DNA of 64,000 bases, taken from NCBI GenBank assembly GCA_035548415.1, contig DASZTA010000046.1, positions 27,480-91,479 of the forward strand. The letters run 5' to 3'. The position numbers were made by a program, and so were the translations under genes. The first letter of the stretch is position 1. The number at the start of each line of letters is the position of its first letter. Shown here in pieces: positions 40,064 through 48,997 of the stretch. Source of the stretch: Polyangiaceae bacterium (GTDB taxonomy: Bacteria > Myxococcota_A > Polyangia > Polyangiales > Polyangiaceae). Below the pieces are notes generated by a model that worked only from the letters and a program-made list of their open reading frames with translations, was not told where the DNA came from and ran no database searches.

Positions 40064-40828
40064 GTGTCGCGTCCGTGTTTCGCGTCTGCGCTGCTCTTGC
40101 TCTTGCTGCCCGGGGCTTGCGGTGCCCCTCCCGCGCCACCCGCGTCGGGGGAACGGAAGCCCCCGGCCTTGGGCAAGCGTCGTACGGACATTCCGGACGA
40201 CTGCGCCCAACAGCCGGGCCAGCCGCCGCCGGAGCCACTGCGCATTGCCTACCAAGGCGTGGCGAAGGGCGCGGCCTGTCAGCGCGCGGTGTACACCATC
40301 ATGGGCGGTCTGACGCATTTTCTCGGCGTCGAGTGCGGTCACTGTCACCTCGAGCCGGACTACGCGGCCGACACGCACAACAAGCATATCGCCAACTGGA
40401 TGGCGCGTGAGCTCGTGCCGCGCCTGCAGCTGCGCACGGCGGCGGCGGACGGCAGCCGAGACGTGTGGTGTCAGGATTGCCACGCCGGCAAGCCGAAGTT
40501 TCTGGGTGACCCACGGCGCCGCGACTTCGCGATCGAGTGGATGACGACGCACCTCGTCGAAGACTTCAGCCGTGTCGACCCGAGCGCGGCCGGTAGTGGC
40601 GCGGGCGCTGCGCCCGGCAAGCCCCCGCGCTGCAAAGATTGCCACGGCGGGGATCTGGGCTCGCCGGAGTTTCGCTTCAAGATCATCCTGAGCGACTTGG
40701 CGACGGGCGCGATGTTGCCGCCGCCGCCAGCGCCCGAACCCGCCGCGGCACCATCGGCACCGGCCGCGCCCGCTGCCGCGCCCAGCTCGTCCGCGCCGGC
40801 GCCCGTGCCGGATTTTGGCGCACGCTGA
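40064..40828 (+). CDS. Triheme c-type cytochrome lipoprotein (PufC-like heme spacing)
   Basis: GTG start, lipobox PGAC, CxxCH motifs CGHCH, CQDCH, CKDCH; M..L...LGVECGHCH...NWM pattern. Confidence 0.8.
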   Translation: MSRPCFASALLLLLLPGACGAPPAPPASGERKPPALGKRRTDIPDDCAQQPGQPPPEPLRIAYQGVAKGAACQRAVYTIMGGLTHFLGVECGHCHLEPDYAADTHNKHIANWMARELVPRLQLRTAAADGSRDVWCQDCHAGKPKFLGDPRRRDFAIEWMTTHLVEDFSRVDPSAAGSGAGAAPGKPPRCKDCHGGDLGSPEFRFKIILSDLATGAMLPPPPAPEPAAAPSAPAAPAAAPSSSAPAPVPDFGAR

Positions 40829-41709
40829 TGCAGAGCGGAACGAAGCGCGCCCTATTCGAGCACGTCAAACACGATCGCGATCTGGGCATCTTGTTTCGCG
40901 ACGTGACGGGGCCGGCGCTGCAGTTCCCCTGGCATTTCCACCCGGAGCTCGAGCTCACGCACATCGTGCGTGGCTCGGGCCGTCGTTACGTGGGTGACAG
41001 CATCGAGCCGTTCGATGCGGGAGACCTGTGCCTGATTGGCGCGAGCACGCCGCACTGTTGGCTCACCGAGCAGGGCGATCCGGGGCCCGTGCACGCGCGC
41101 GTGATTCAGTTCTTGCCGGAGTCGATTGGCCAAGGTTTGAGCCAGACTCTCACGTTTCGTCCGCTGCTGCGGCTGTTCGAGCGTGCGCGGCGTGGGCTGT
41201 TCATCAGCGGTCCGGTGCACGCACGCACGGCCGGCGCCATGGGTGAGCTGTTCAACGATCGCACGCGCTCGCTCGACCGTTACGTTGGCTTGCTGGCGAT
41301 CTTGACCGATCTGTCCGAGAGCCCCGACTGCAAAGAGCTCGCGCTCGTCGATGCGTTGACATCGCAAGATACCGAGGCTGCGCAGGTGGCAGGTAAGCTG
41401 CTCTCGTACCTGCACGAGCGCGCAACCGATCCAGATTTGTCATTTTCACAGGTCGCGCGGGCAGTCGGTATGTCACGGGCCACCTTGGGCCGCGTATTTC
41501 CGCGGCTGTTCGGCCGCACCTTCGCCAAGTACCTTGCCGAAGCGCGCGTCGTGAAAGCTTGCGCGCTGCTGAGCGAAACGAACAAAAGCGTCGCGGAGAT
41601 CGCGGTCGAAACCGGCTTCGGCAGCGTGTCCAATTTCAACCGCCGCTTTCTCGCATTGAAACGCGTGAGCCCGCTTCGCTATCGGAAGACGGCGCTGCCC
41701 CGGCGCTGA
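40828..41709 (+). CDS. AraC family transcriptional regulator (cupin sensor)
   Basis: FPWHFHPELEL, RYVGDSIE, C-terminal HTH (IAVETGFGSVSNFNRRF..SPLRYR); TGATG overlap with the cytochrome stop. Confidence 0.95.
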   Translation: MQSGTKRALFEHVKHDRDLGILFRDVTGPALQFPWHFHPELELTHIVRGSGRRYVGDSIEPFDAGDLCLIGASTPHCWLTEQGDPGPVHARVIQFLPESIGQGLSQTLTFRPLLRLFERARRGLFISGPVHARTAGAMGELFNDRTRSLDRYVGLLAILTDLSESPDCKELALVDALTSQDTEAAQVAGKLLSYLHERATDPDLSFSQVARAVGMSRATLGRVFPRLFGRTFAKYLAEARVVKACALLSETNKSVAEIAVETGFGSVSNFNRRFLALKRVSPLRYRKTALPRR

Positions 41710-41762
41710 CACTCGCCTTGACCCGATCAGGGGTGGATGCTAGCCAAATCTGCTTGAGGTCG

Positions 41763-42794
41763 GTGTTGGGTCAGAAGAGCTCACTGTTCGCGTGGAGCAT
41801 CGCGCTGGCTCTCGCTGCGGGCTGCGGTGAGAAGTTCTCCGAGGGCCCGGGGAGCGGCGGTGCCGGCACGTCGAGCGGTGGCTCGAATGCCCCTGACGCC
41901 GGCGCGAACACGGACGGTGGCAAGTCCGGCGCTGGCGCCGCGACGAGCGGCGGCAATGGTGGTCGCGCTGGTAGCGCCGGCGCGGCGAGCAGCGGCGGCA
42001 AGGCTGGCACCGAAACGACGATGGGCGGCAGCGTGCCGATCGCCGCCATGACTGGCGACGGCGGCGCCGGCGGCGCACCGGTAGACGTGTCGCCGCCCAT
42101 CCCGGTAGACGGCCTCGAGCTGTGGTTCGACGCCTCGCGCGGCGTGGGTCAGGTGAACGGCATCGTCTCCACCTGGGCGGACCAATCCGGCCACCATCGC
42201 GACGCGCTGCAAACCGCCAACAACCTGCGCCCCAGGCTGGTAGACGGCGCGCTCTCCGGCAAGCCGGCGCTCGTGTTCGACGGCGCGGCAGACGGCGGCG
42301 ATTACCTCAAGCTGCCGACGCTGGACGCCGACTACACCAAAGGCCTCGCGATCTTCATGGTGACCCAGCAAAAAGAGCCTGCGGACCTACAGCAGTGCGT
42401 GGGCTTCTTCGAAGCTTCGAACGGCTCGGAGATGGACGACTTTCACGTCGGCGTTTGGCAAAACACTCCGCTGCTCGAAGTCATCGAGGAGCTGGTGCAC
42501 GACACCAACTACACTGCGCTCTACGACGCACCCCAAATGCTCGGGGCGATGGTGAGCCCGAGTGAGACGGCAGTCATGCGTCGCAACAGTAACGTGGTAG
42601 GTGAAGGACAGGTCACTCCTCCGGCGAACACGCCTCGCAGCGAGGTGTTCATCGGCCACACCTTGTACCAGGGCTGCGCGCCGTTCCAGGGCGCGATCGG
42701 CGAGCTCATCATGTACAGCCGCGCCGTGACCGATCCGGAGCTGATCCAGATCGAGAGCTACCTGCAGAAGCGCTGGGGCTGCTGTACCCAGTAG
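41763..42794 (+). CDS. Lipoprotein with Gly-rich linker and LamG/concanavalin-like domain
   Basis: GTG 41763 after GAGG; lipobox AAGC; GLELWFDA..VSTWADQSG..PALVFDG..GAIGELIMY..IESYLQKRWG. Confidence 0.8.
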   Translation: MLGQKSSLFAWSIALALAAGCGEKFSEGPGSGGAGTSSGGSNAPDAGANTDGGKSGAGAATSGGNGGRAGSAGAASSGGKAGTETTMGGSVPIAAMTGDGGAGGAPVDVSPPIPVDGLELWFDASRGVGQVNGIVSTWADQSGHHRDALQTANNLRPRLVDGALSGKPALVFDGAADGGDYLKLPTLDADYTKGLAIFMVTQQKEPADLQQCVGFFEASNGSEMDDFHVGVWQNTPLLEVIEELVHDTNYTALYDAPQMLGAMVSPSETAVMRRNSNVVGEGQVTPPANTPRSEVFIGHTLYQGCAPFQGAIGELIMYSRAVTDPELIQIESYLQKRWGCCTQ

Positions 42795-42819
42795 CGCTGG
42801 CAGCGGCGGCGGCGCCAAA

Positions 42820-43878
42820 CTACTTTTGCATGCGACCGCGTACGAAGAGCCCGTGGCCGTGCAGGTACTCGTGTGTCCAGCCGCCGTCGACCGGGGCGCC
42901 GGGCATCAACAGACAACTCGAGTCCGGCTCGCAGCCGTCGAGCTTCCACGCCGACCAGCTGATTTTTCGCGCGGAAAGCCAGTCATCCCAGAGCTGCGCT
43001 TCGTCCAAGCAAACCTCACCGTTGACCCCGCCGTCGGCGCTGGTGGCGCCCCATTCGGTCACGAACAGCGTCAAACCCTTCGAGCGCGCCACGTCGCCTT
43101 TCGAGCGCAACCAGCCTTTGTGGCTGCACGCGTAGTAGTGCAGCGTGTACATCAGGTTGACGCCGGCGACCGGATCCAGGGCGGCCTTGTCGACGTCTTG
43201 CGAGTAGTTGGGCGTGCCGAGCACGATCGGCGCCTCCTCGTCTTGCTTGCGGATCGCAGCGACCACGGCCTCGTGGTAGGGCTTGATCTCGTCCCAGGTG
43301 AAGCCCTCCGGTTCGTTGAAGGGCTCGTAGATGACGTTGGGTACGCCGCTGTACTTCTCTGCCACCTCGGAAAAGAAGTCGACCGCCTTGTCTCGATGAT
43401 TCACCGCGTGGTGGTCGTGAAAATCGACGAGCACGTAGACACCCGCGTCGATGGCGTTGTCGATCACCGTGTAGAGCTGCGCTTTGGCCGTATCGGGGTC
43501 GGCGAGGTAGGCGCCGTCCGGCTCCACGCCCATCGCGGCGCGGATCACGCTCAGCTTCCAGTTGTTGCGCATCCAGCGCAGCGCGCTGGCGCTCTCGGCG
43601 TAACCGTCCTGCTCCCAGTTGAGCCACATGCTGCTCACGCCCTTGAGCTGCACGGCCTCGTCCGATTCGTCCTTGAGCTGGCCGTCGGCCACCTTGAGAT
43701 GACCGTGCAGCTCGACGGGCGTTTCGAACATGCCGTCGTCGGCACCGACGTCGTCGTCGCTGCCGACGTCGTTCGGATCGCCTTTCGCGTTGGCATCCAG
43801 GGTGCTGTGACCGGCGTCGCAGCCTGAGGAAAAAAGCGCAGAAAGGGCCAGGGTCAACAACGTGGCGTGCGCTCGCAT
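42820..43878 (-). CDS. Glycoside hydrolase family 5 (endoglucanase-like) lipoprotein
   Basis: Lipobox SSGC; QLKGVSS, IRAAMG, LVDFH, catalytic NEP and VTEWG motifs, HYYA. Confidence 0.92.
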   Translation of the reverse strand: MRAHATLLTLALSALFSSGCDAGHSTLDANAKGDPNDVGSDDDVGADDGMFETPVELHGHLKVADGQLKDESDEAVQLKGVSSMWLNWEQDGYAESASALRWMRNNWKLSVIRAAMGVEPDGAYLADPDTAKAQLYTVIDNAIDAGVYVLVDFHDHHAVNHRDKAVDFFSEVAEKYSGVPNVIYEPFNEPEGFTWDEIKPYHEAVVAAIRKQDEEAPIVLGTPNYSQDVDKAALDPVAGVNLMYTLHYYACSHKGWLRSKGDVARSKGLTLFVTEWGATSADGGVNGEVCLDEAQLWDDWLSARKISWSAWKLDGCEPDSSCLLMPGAPVDGGWTHEYLHGHGLFVRGRMQK

Positions 43879-43915
43879 ATGCCAACTATTGGCCTAAAAA
43901 CTACAAATGCTCCAC

Positions 43916-44050
43916 CAGGACCAGCTCTAATTTTACGCAAATTCGCTCAAGCGACGCAGGAGCAGGAGAAACGGATTGGAAAACAGGAGGAAACCTTTGA
44001 TCCGGATACTCAATCCCGCTTCGTAGGCTCACCGGACGAAAGGTCTCTCA
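43916..44050 (+). promoter_or_regulatory. Structured 5' leader of the ABC substrate-binding gene (candidate cis-regulator)
   Basis: Four CAGGA motifs; helix 43993-44005/44032-44044 masks AAAGG just before ATG 44051; competing helix GGATTG/CAATCC. Confidence 0.35.
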
Positions 44051-45142
44051 ATGAACCCGATCGTTCGGCTCATCGGTATTGCGGCGCTGTCGTTCGTAGC
44101 GACGGCTTGTAACAAGTCTGAGGCCCCCAAGCCGGCAGCGGAAGAAAAGCCCGCACCGGCGGCATCGGCAGCGGCAGCTCCATCCGCGGCCGCTGCAGCC
44201 GCTCCCTCGGCCGCGCCCACGCCCGGCTCTGGCAGCGGACTCAAAATCGCCTACAGCGATTGGCCTGGTTGGGTCGCGTGGGAAGTCGCCATCCAAAAGG
44301 GGTGGTTCAAAGAGGCCGGCGTCGACGTCGAGTTCAAGTGGTTCGACTACGTGCCGTCGATGGAAGCCTTCTCGGCGGGCAAGGTCGACGCCGTGTGCGT
44401 GACCAACGGCGACGCGCTCGTTACCGGTGCCACCGGCGGTAAGAGCGTCTCGATCGTGGTCAACGACTACAGCGACGGCAACGACATGATTGTGGCCAAG
44501 CCAGGCATCGCCAGCATGGCTCAGCTCAAGGGCAAAACAATCGGCGTCGAGGTAGGCTTCGTCGACCACCTGCTGCTCTTGCACGCCCTCAAGGCCTCGA
44601 ACCTGAAAGAGAGCGACGTGAAGCTCAAGAACGTCAAGACCGACGAGACGCCGCAGGCGCTCAAGTCGGGTGACGTTGACGCGATCGCGGCCTGGCAGCC
44701 CAGCAGCGGCTCCGCGCTCAAAGAGGTGCCGGGCAGCAAGGCCATCTTCACCAGCCACGACGTGCCGGGCCTGATTTACGACATGCTGGCCGTGAACCCG
44801 AAGAGCCTCGCGGAGCACCGCGCGGACTGGGTCAAGGTCGTCAAGGTTTGGGATCGCGTCGCCAAGTTCATCAACGACGAAAAGAATCTGGACGAGGCTG
44901 CCAAGATCATGAGCGCTCGCGTCGGTCTCACGCCCGACCAATACAAGGCGATCATGAAGGGCACGCACATCATGACGCTCGAGGAGGGCAAGAAGCACTG
45001 GGCCAAAGCCGACGGCCTGACCTCGATCTACGGCTCGAACAAGATCGTCGACGAGTTCAACGTCAAGAACACGGTGTACAAGGCGCCCGAAAAGGTCGAC
45101 GAGTACCTGGATCCGTCCGTCACGGAGGAAGCCCTCAAGTGA
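44051..45142 (+). CDS. ABC transporter substrate-binding lipoprotein (NMT1/SsuA-like, urea carboxylase-region type; probable guanidine importer)
   Basis: Lipobox ATAC; [32 protein letters not shown]; context of the carboxylase cluster. Confidence 0.9.
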   Translation: MNPIVRLIGIAALSFVATACNKSEAPKPAAEEKPAPAASAAAAPSAAAAAAPSAAPTPGSGSGLKIAYSDWPGWVAWEVAIQKGWFKEAGVDVEFKWFDYVPSMEAFSAGKVDAVCVTNGDALVTGATGGKSVSIVVNDYSDGNDMIVAKPGIASMAQLKGKTIGVEVGFVDHLLLLHALKASNLKESDVKLKNVKTDETPQALKSGDVDAIAAWQPSSGSALKEVPGSKAIFTSHDVPGLIYDMLAVNPKSLAEHRADWVKVVKVWDRVAKFINDEKNLDEAAKIMSARVGLTPDQYKAIMKGTHIMTLEEGKKHWAKADGLTSIYGSNKIVDEFNVKNTVYKAPEKVDEYLDPSVTEEALK

Positions 45143-46332
45143 CGCACGACGGACCAGCAGCAGGCGCCGCCTCGACCGCGGGCGACGAAGCGCCCAAGGG
45201 CAATCCGCGACGACGGCTGCTGGCCGTGCGTTCGCCTCTGCCACCGCGTATCAGCGTGGTGGCAGGGGTGCTGGCGTTCGTGCTCCCGCTCTTGGCGTGG
45301 TGCATCGTGAGCTACGTACCGTTCGTGTGGCACCCGCTCGTGCACGTGCGCGACGCGGGTGACGTGAGCGTGCCCGGCGAATACAGCTACGTCGCCGCCG
45401 ACCAGCTCATCGAGCTGGAGGTGTTCGACAAGCGCAATCAGGAGCTCGGCCGTGCGCACGCCAAGCTGGTGACGGGCGAGCGCGCCAACCCGGTGTTCTT
45501 GCCGGCTCCGCACCAGGTGGCGCGCGCGTTCTACACGGCGTTCACCACGCCGCCGTTGCGCCGCGGTGACTACTGGTTGCACGAGAGCCTGTGGCAGAGC
45601 TGCCAGGTCATCTTCTGGGGCTTTGCGTACTCGGCGCTGTTCGGGCTGCCGCTCGGCATCTTGTGCGGCACCTTTTCGTTGTTTTCGCGGCTATCCGAGC
45701 CGTTCGTCGACTTCGTACGCTACATGCCGGCGCCCGTATTCGGCGCGCTGGCGGTCGCGGTGCTGGGCCTGGGCAACGAGCCCAAGATCACCATCATCTT
45801 CATCGGTACCTTCTTTCAGATGGTGCTGATCGTGGCCAACACCACGCGCTCGGTCGATGGCGCGCTGCTGCAGGCCGCGCAAACGCTGGGCGCCAATCGC
45901 CTGCAGTTGATCAAGAACGTGGTCATCCCCGCCGCGCTGCCCAACCTGTACCGCGACATGCGCATCTTGATCGGTTGGGCCTGGACGTACCTGGTCGTGG
46001 CCGAGCTGATCGGCGAAAAGTCCGGCATCAGCGCGTTCCTCTACCAGGAGCAGCGCTACCGCCATTTCGACAACGTGTACGCAGGCATCGTGATGATCGG
46101 CATCATCGGCCTGCTCACCGATCAGGCCCTCAGCTTTGCGGGGCAGTTCCTGTTTCCTTGGGAGACCGGCAACAACGCACTCTTTCGTGTGTTCGCACAG
46201 CTTAAGGAAGCGCTCTCGTCGCGCGGAGACAAGCTGCCGGAAGCCGACCCGATCAACGATTCACAAGTGCTGGAGCGCATGCCCATCGCCCCGATCGCCG
46301 AAGCACCGGAGGAGGAAGCCCATGTCGGTTGA
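45139..46332 (+). CDS. ABC transporter permease (SsuC/TauC-like)
   Basis: GTG overlapping the upstream TGA; [15 protein letters not shown] (EAA loop), [14 protein letters not shown]. Confidence 0.93.
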   Translation: MTHDGPAAGAASTAGDEAPKGNPRRRLLAVRSPLPPRISVVAGVLAFVLPLLAWCIVSYVPFVWHPLVHVRDAGDVSVPGEYSYVAADQLIELEVFDKRNQELGRAHAKLVTGERANPVFLPAPHQVARAFYTAFTTPPLRRGDYWLHESLWQSCQVIFWGFAYSALFGLPLGILCGTFSLFSRLSEPFVDFVRYMPAPVFGALAVAVLGLGNEPKITIIFIGTFFQMVLIVANTTRSVDGALLQAAQTLGANRLQLIKNVVIPAALPNLYRDMRILIGWAWTYLVVAELIGEKSGISAFLYQEQRYRHFDNVYAGIVMIGIIGLLTDQALSFAGQFLFPWETGNNALFRVFAQLKEALSSRGDKLPEADPINDSQVLERMPIAPIAEAPEEEAHVG

Positions 46333-47212
46333 CGATCGCCTGGAGTTACCGAGCTACCTGCACCACAGCGAAGAAGTGTCGGCGCGCTTCGCCGAGATCC
46401 GCAAGCGCCCGACCGTGATGCGCTTGTCCGCAGTTTCGCGCCAGTTCGAAGGTGCCCAAGGCCCGGTGCTGGCGCTTTCGAAAATCAGCTTCGACGTGCG
46501 GCAGCGTGAGTTCATCAGCGTCATCGGCCCTTCCGGCTGCGGCAAGTCCACGTTGATCCGCATCGTGGCAGGGCTCGAGACGTGCACGGGTGGCTCGATC
46601 ACCATCGACGGCAAAGAGGTGGGCGAGCCGGGGGCGGACCGGGGCATGGTGTTCCAGGGCTACACGCTCTTCCCGTGGCTCAACGTGAAGCAGAACGTGA
46701 TGTTCGGCCTCAAGATGAAGGGCATGCCCAAAGCCAAGGCCGAGCGCATGGCCATGGATTGGCTCGATCTCGTGGGCCTCACCAAGTTTGCCACGCATTA
46801 CCCGGCGCAGCTCTCGGGCGGCATGAAGCAGCGCGTGGCGATTGCGCGCGCGCTCGCCAACGAGCCGCGCATCTTGTTGATGGACGAGCCGTTCGGCGCG
46901 CTGGACGCTCAAACGCGCGGCAGCATGCAGGCGCATTTGCTCAAGATTTGGGAGACGGTCGACGTCACCATCCTGTTCATCACGCACGATCTGGACGAAG
47001 CCATCTACTTGTCGGACCGCATCGTGGTGCTGGGCGCGCACCCCGGCCGCATCCTCGAAATCATCGACGTGCCGGTGGAACGGCCGCGCAATACGGACCA
47101 ATTCCTATCCGGTCACTTTCTCGCGACCAAAAAGCGGCTCGAGCAATTGATTCACCATCGCGAAACCTCCCCGAAACCTGACTCGGGGAAACTAGGCATC
47201 GTCGCGGCCTGA
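46322..47212 (+). CDS. ABC transporter ATP-binding protein (TauB/NrtD-like)
   Basis: [42 protein letters not shown]. Confidence 0.96.
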   Translation: MSVDDRLELPSYLHHSEEVSARFAEIRKRPTVMRLSAVSRQFEGAQGPVLALSKISFDVRQREFISVIGPSGCGKSTLIRIVAGLETCTGGSITIDGKEVGEPGADRGMVFQGYTLFPWLNVKQNVMFGLKMKGMPKAKAERMAMDWLDLVGLTKFATHYPAQLSGGMKQRVAIARALANEPRILLMDEPFGALDAQTRGSMQAHLLKIWETVDVTILFITHDLDEAIYLSDRIVVLGAHPGRILEIIDVPVERPRNTDQFLSGHFLATKKRLEQLIHHRETSPKPDSGKLGIVAA

Positions 47213-47235
47213 AAGCCGCGGCGCTTCGCAAGCCT

Positions 47236-47287
47236 GAGCCGGGACGACCCGGTTCGCGACGGGCCACAATGCCGGGACGACCCGGCA
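47236..47287 (+). ncRNA. Guanidine-II (mini-ykkC) riboswitch aptamer
   Basis: Two GC-rich hairpins each capped by an ACGA loop: GAGCCGGG-ACGA-CCCGGTTC (47236-47255) and TGCCGGG-ACGA-CCCGGCA (47270-47287), 14-nt linker, upstream of cgdA-like genes. This is the defining architecture of the class. Confidence 0.9.
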
Positions 47288-47374
47288 CTGATTGTTCCTT
47301 GCAGGGTCCGGCCGGCACCGGGCGCGAGCGTTGCTCTACGTCGACCTTCCCTGCGAGGAGAAGGCACGACGAAG

Positions 47375-48103
47375 ATGAACGAGTCTCAGCTGATTTTGGA
47401 GGAAGCCCTGCGCGGCGGCCAGATGTGGTCGCGCATCTTGCGGCGCGGGCAAACACTGCGGCTGACCGATGTCGAAGGCGGGGCGGCGGTAGCGGCGCTC
47501 TTCTACAACGCCGAAGATCCGAGCGAGCGATACAACATGCCCGACACGCTCAAGGCGCAGCACATCGCACGCCTCACGAAGGGCTTCGTGCTGTATTCGG
47601 ACATGGGCCGTGTGCTCTGTTCGATCACAGAGGACAGCGTCGGCTGGCACGACACCATCACCGGGCACGGCACCGCTGCGCACGGCCGCGCCAAGTTCGG
47701 CGAAGGGACGTACCAAAAGCTACGCAACGATTGGTACCGCAACACGCGCGACAATTTCCTGGTCGAGCTGGGCAAGTACGACCTGGGTAAGCGCGACATC
47801 GTCGCCAACGTGAACTTTTTCGTGAAGGTCGTGGCGAACGAGCAGGGTGCGCTGTCGTTCGTGCCCGGGCATTCGCGGCCCGGCGGTTTCGTGGAGCTGC
47901 GCGCCGAGATGCACACGCTGGTGGTGCTCTCGAATACGCCCCACCCGCTCGATCCGAGCACCGTGTACGAGCAGAAGCCCGTCGCGCTCACGATTCGCGG
48001 CGGCGCTCCGGCAGGCGCAAACGACGCTTGTCGTCTCTCACGCCCCGAAAACGCGCGCGGCTTCACGCTGACAGAGAGCTACTACGCCGGGAGGGCAAGC
48101 TGA
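47375..48103 (+). CDS. cgdA: Carboxyguanidine deiminase subunit A (urea carboxylase-associated protein, DUF1989)
   Basis: [50 protein letters not shown]. Confidence 0.88.
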   Translation: MNESQLILEEALRGGQMWSRILRRGQTLRLTDVEGGAAVAALFYNAEDPSERYNMPDTLKAQHIARLTKGFVLYSDMGRVLCSITEDSVGWHDTITGHGTAAHGRAKFGEGTYQKLRNDWYRNTRDNFLVELGKYDLGKRDIVANVNFFVKVVANEQGALSFVPGHSRPGGFVELRAEMHTLVVLSNTPHPLDPSTVYEQKPVALTIRGGAPAGANDACRLSRPENARGFTLTESYYAGRAS

Positions 48104-48747
48104 TGGCGCTCTCGGAGAGCAAGCTCGATCCGGCCAAGGCCGTCTTCGACCAGGTGGTACTGGCGGGGGACGGCTTCACGCATGTCGTCGAGCGCGGGCA
48201 GATCTTTCGTATCGTGGATCTGGAAGGGAACCAGGCCGCCGATACGTTGTTCTACGACGCGCACGACCCCAGCAACCGCTATAGCGCGGTCGACACGGTG
48301 CGCGAGCAAGGCAACATCTACCTTTCCACGGGTACCAAGCTGATGTCGCTCGATGGCGACGTGCTGATGACGATCGTGGCCGATACCTGCGGTCGCCACG
48401 ACACGCTCGGCGGCGCCTGCGCGGCCGAGTCGAATCAGGTCCGCTACGCGATCGAGAAGAAGTACATGCACGCCTGCCGCGATACGTTCTTGTTGCAGTG
48501 CGCGTGTCATACGCCCAACTTGAGCAAGCGCGACATCACCGCCAACGTCAACTTCTTCATGAACGTGCCGGTGACGCCCGAAGGCAAGCTCACGTTCGAA
48601 GACGGCGTCTCAGGCCCCGGCCGCTACGTAGAAATGCGCGCCGAACGCGATGTTCGCGTCCTCATCTCCAACTGCCCGCAGCTCAACAACCCCTGCAACG
48701 GCTACAACCCAACGCCCGTCCGCGTTCTCATCTGGGACGCCGAATGA
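48103..48747 (+). CDS. cgdB: Carboxyguanidine deiminase subunit B (urea carboxylase-associated protein, DUF1989)
   Basis: ATG overlaps the cgdA TGA; [52 protein letters not shown]. Confidence 0.9.
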   Translation: MALSESKLDPAKAVFDQVVLAGDGFTHVVERGQIFRIVDLEGNQAADTLFYDAHDPSNRYSAVDTVREQGNIYLSTGTKLMSLDGDVLMTIVADTCGRHDTLGGACAAESNQVRYAIEKKYMHACRDTFLLQCACHTPNLSKRDITANVNFFMNVPVTPEGKLTFEDGVSGPGRYVEMRAERDVRVLISNCPQLNNPCNGYNPTPVRVLIWDAE

Positions 48748-48845
48748 CGAGCCTTCGCTTGCCTGACAACCAGATGGCTCCCCGCCTTTCTGTGAAGACG
48801 GCGAGCGCAGCGAGCGCGAATCAGCAGAACCTAACAGTCACGAAT

Positions 48846-48984
48846 GAACACGAAGAATCCGGAAGCCCGAGGGCCCGGGCCAATCTTGGAGGATCAGGAT
48901 TGAGCCCCTGGTTTGCCAACAACACTGAACCGGTGATGTCTACGAAGCGGTTCGGGTCCTCTGGCTTCCTGATTCTTCGCGTTC
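48846..48984. ncRNA. Unassigned structured element (31-bp closing stem, two inner hairpins) between cgdB and the carboxylase
   Basis: 48846-48876 pairs with 48954-48984 (27 WC pairs, 1 GU, 3 mismatches); inner hairpins at 48877-48907 and 48927-48953. Confidence 0.6.
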
Positions 48985-48997
48985 CCCAGCGCCAATC

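Noticed and set aside
40064-40828. Phototrophy suggested by the PufC-like cytochrome
   Set aside because: No pufL/pufM, bch or crt genes; only three hemes; such homologues also occur in non-phototrophs.
41719-41747. Sigma-70-like promoter TTGACC-N17-TAGCCA before the LamG lipoprotein
   Set aside because: The -10 element lacks the conserved final T, and one match in GC-rich DNA is not sufficient.
43880-44050. Canonical guanidine-I or guanidine-III riboswitch before the ABC importer
   Set aside because: Only the fragment CCGGACGA is present; the other conserved elements of those classes are not found in the required order. Kept only as an unassigned leader.
48846-48984. Structured element as 6S RNA, SRP RNA, retron msr-msd or group II intron domain V
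   Set aside because: Too short and lacking the long terminal stem of 6S (only a partial UGAACC/GGUUC resemblance); no SRP CAGG/AGCAG loop; no reverse transcriptase in the window; no AGC/CGC triad with a 34-nt D5 helix. Left unassigned.
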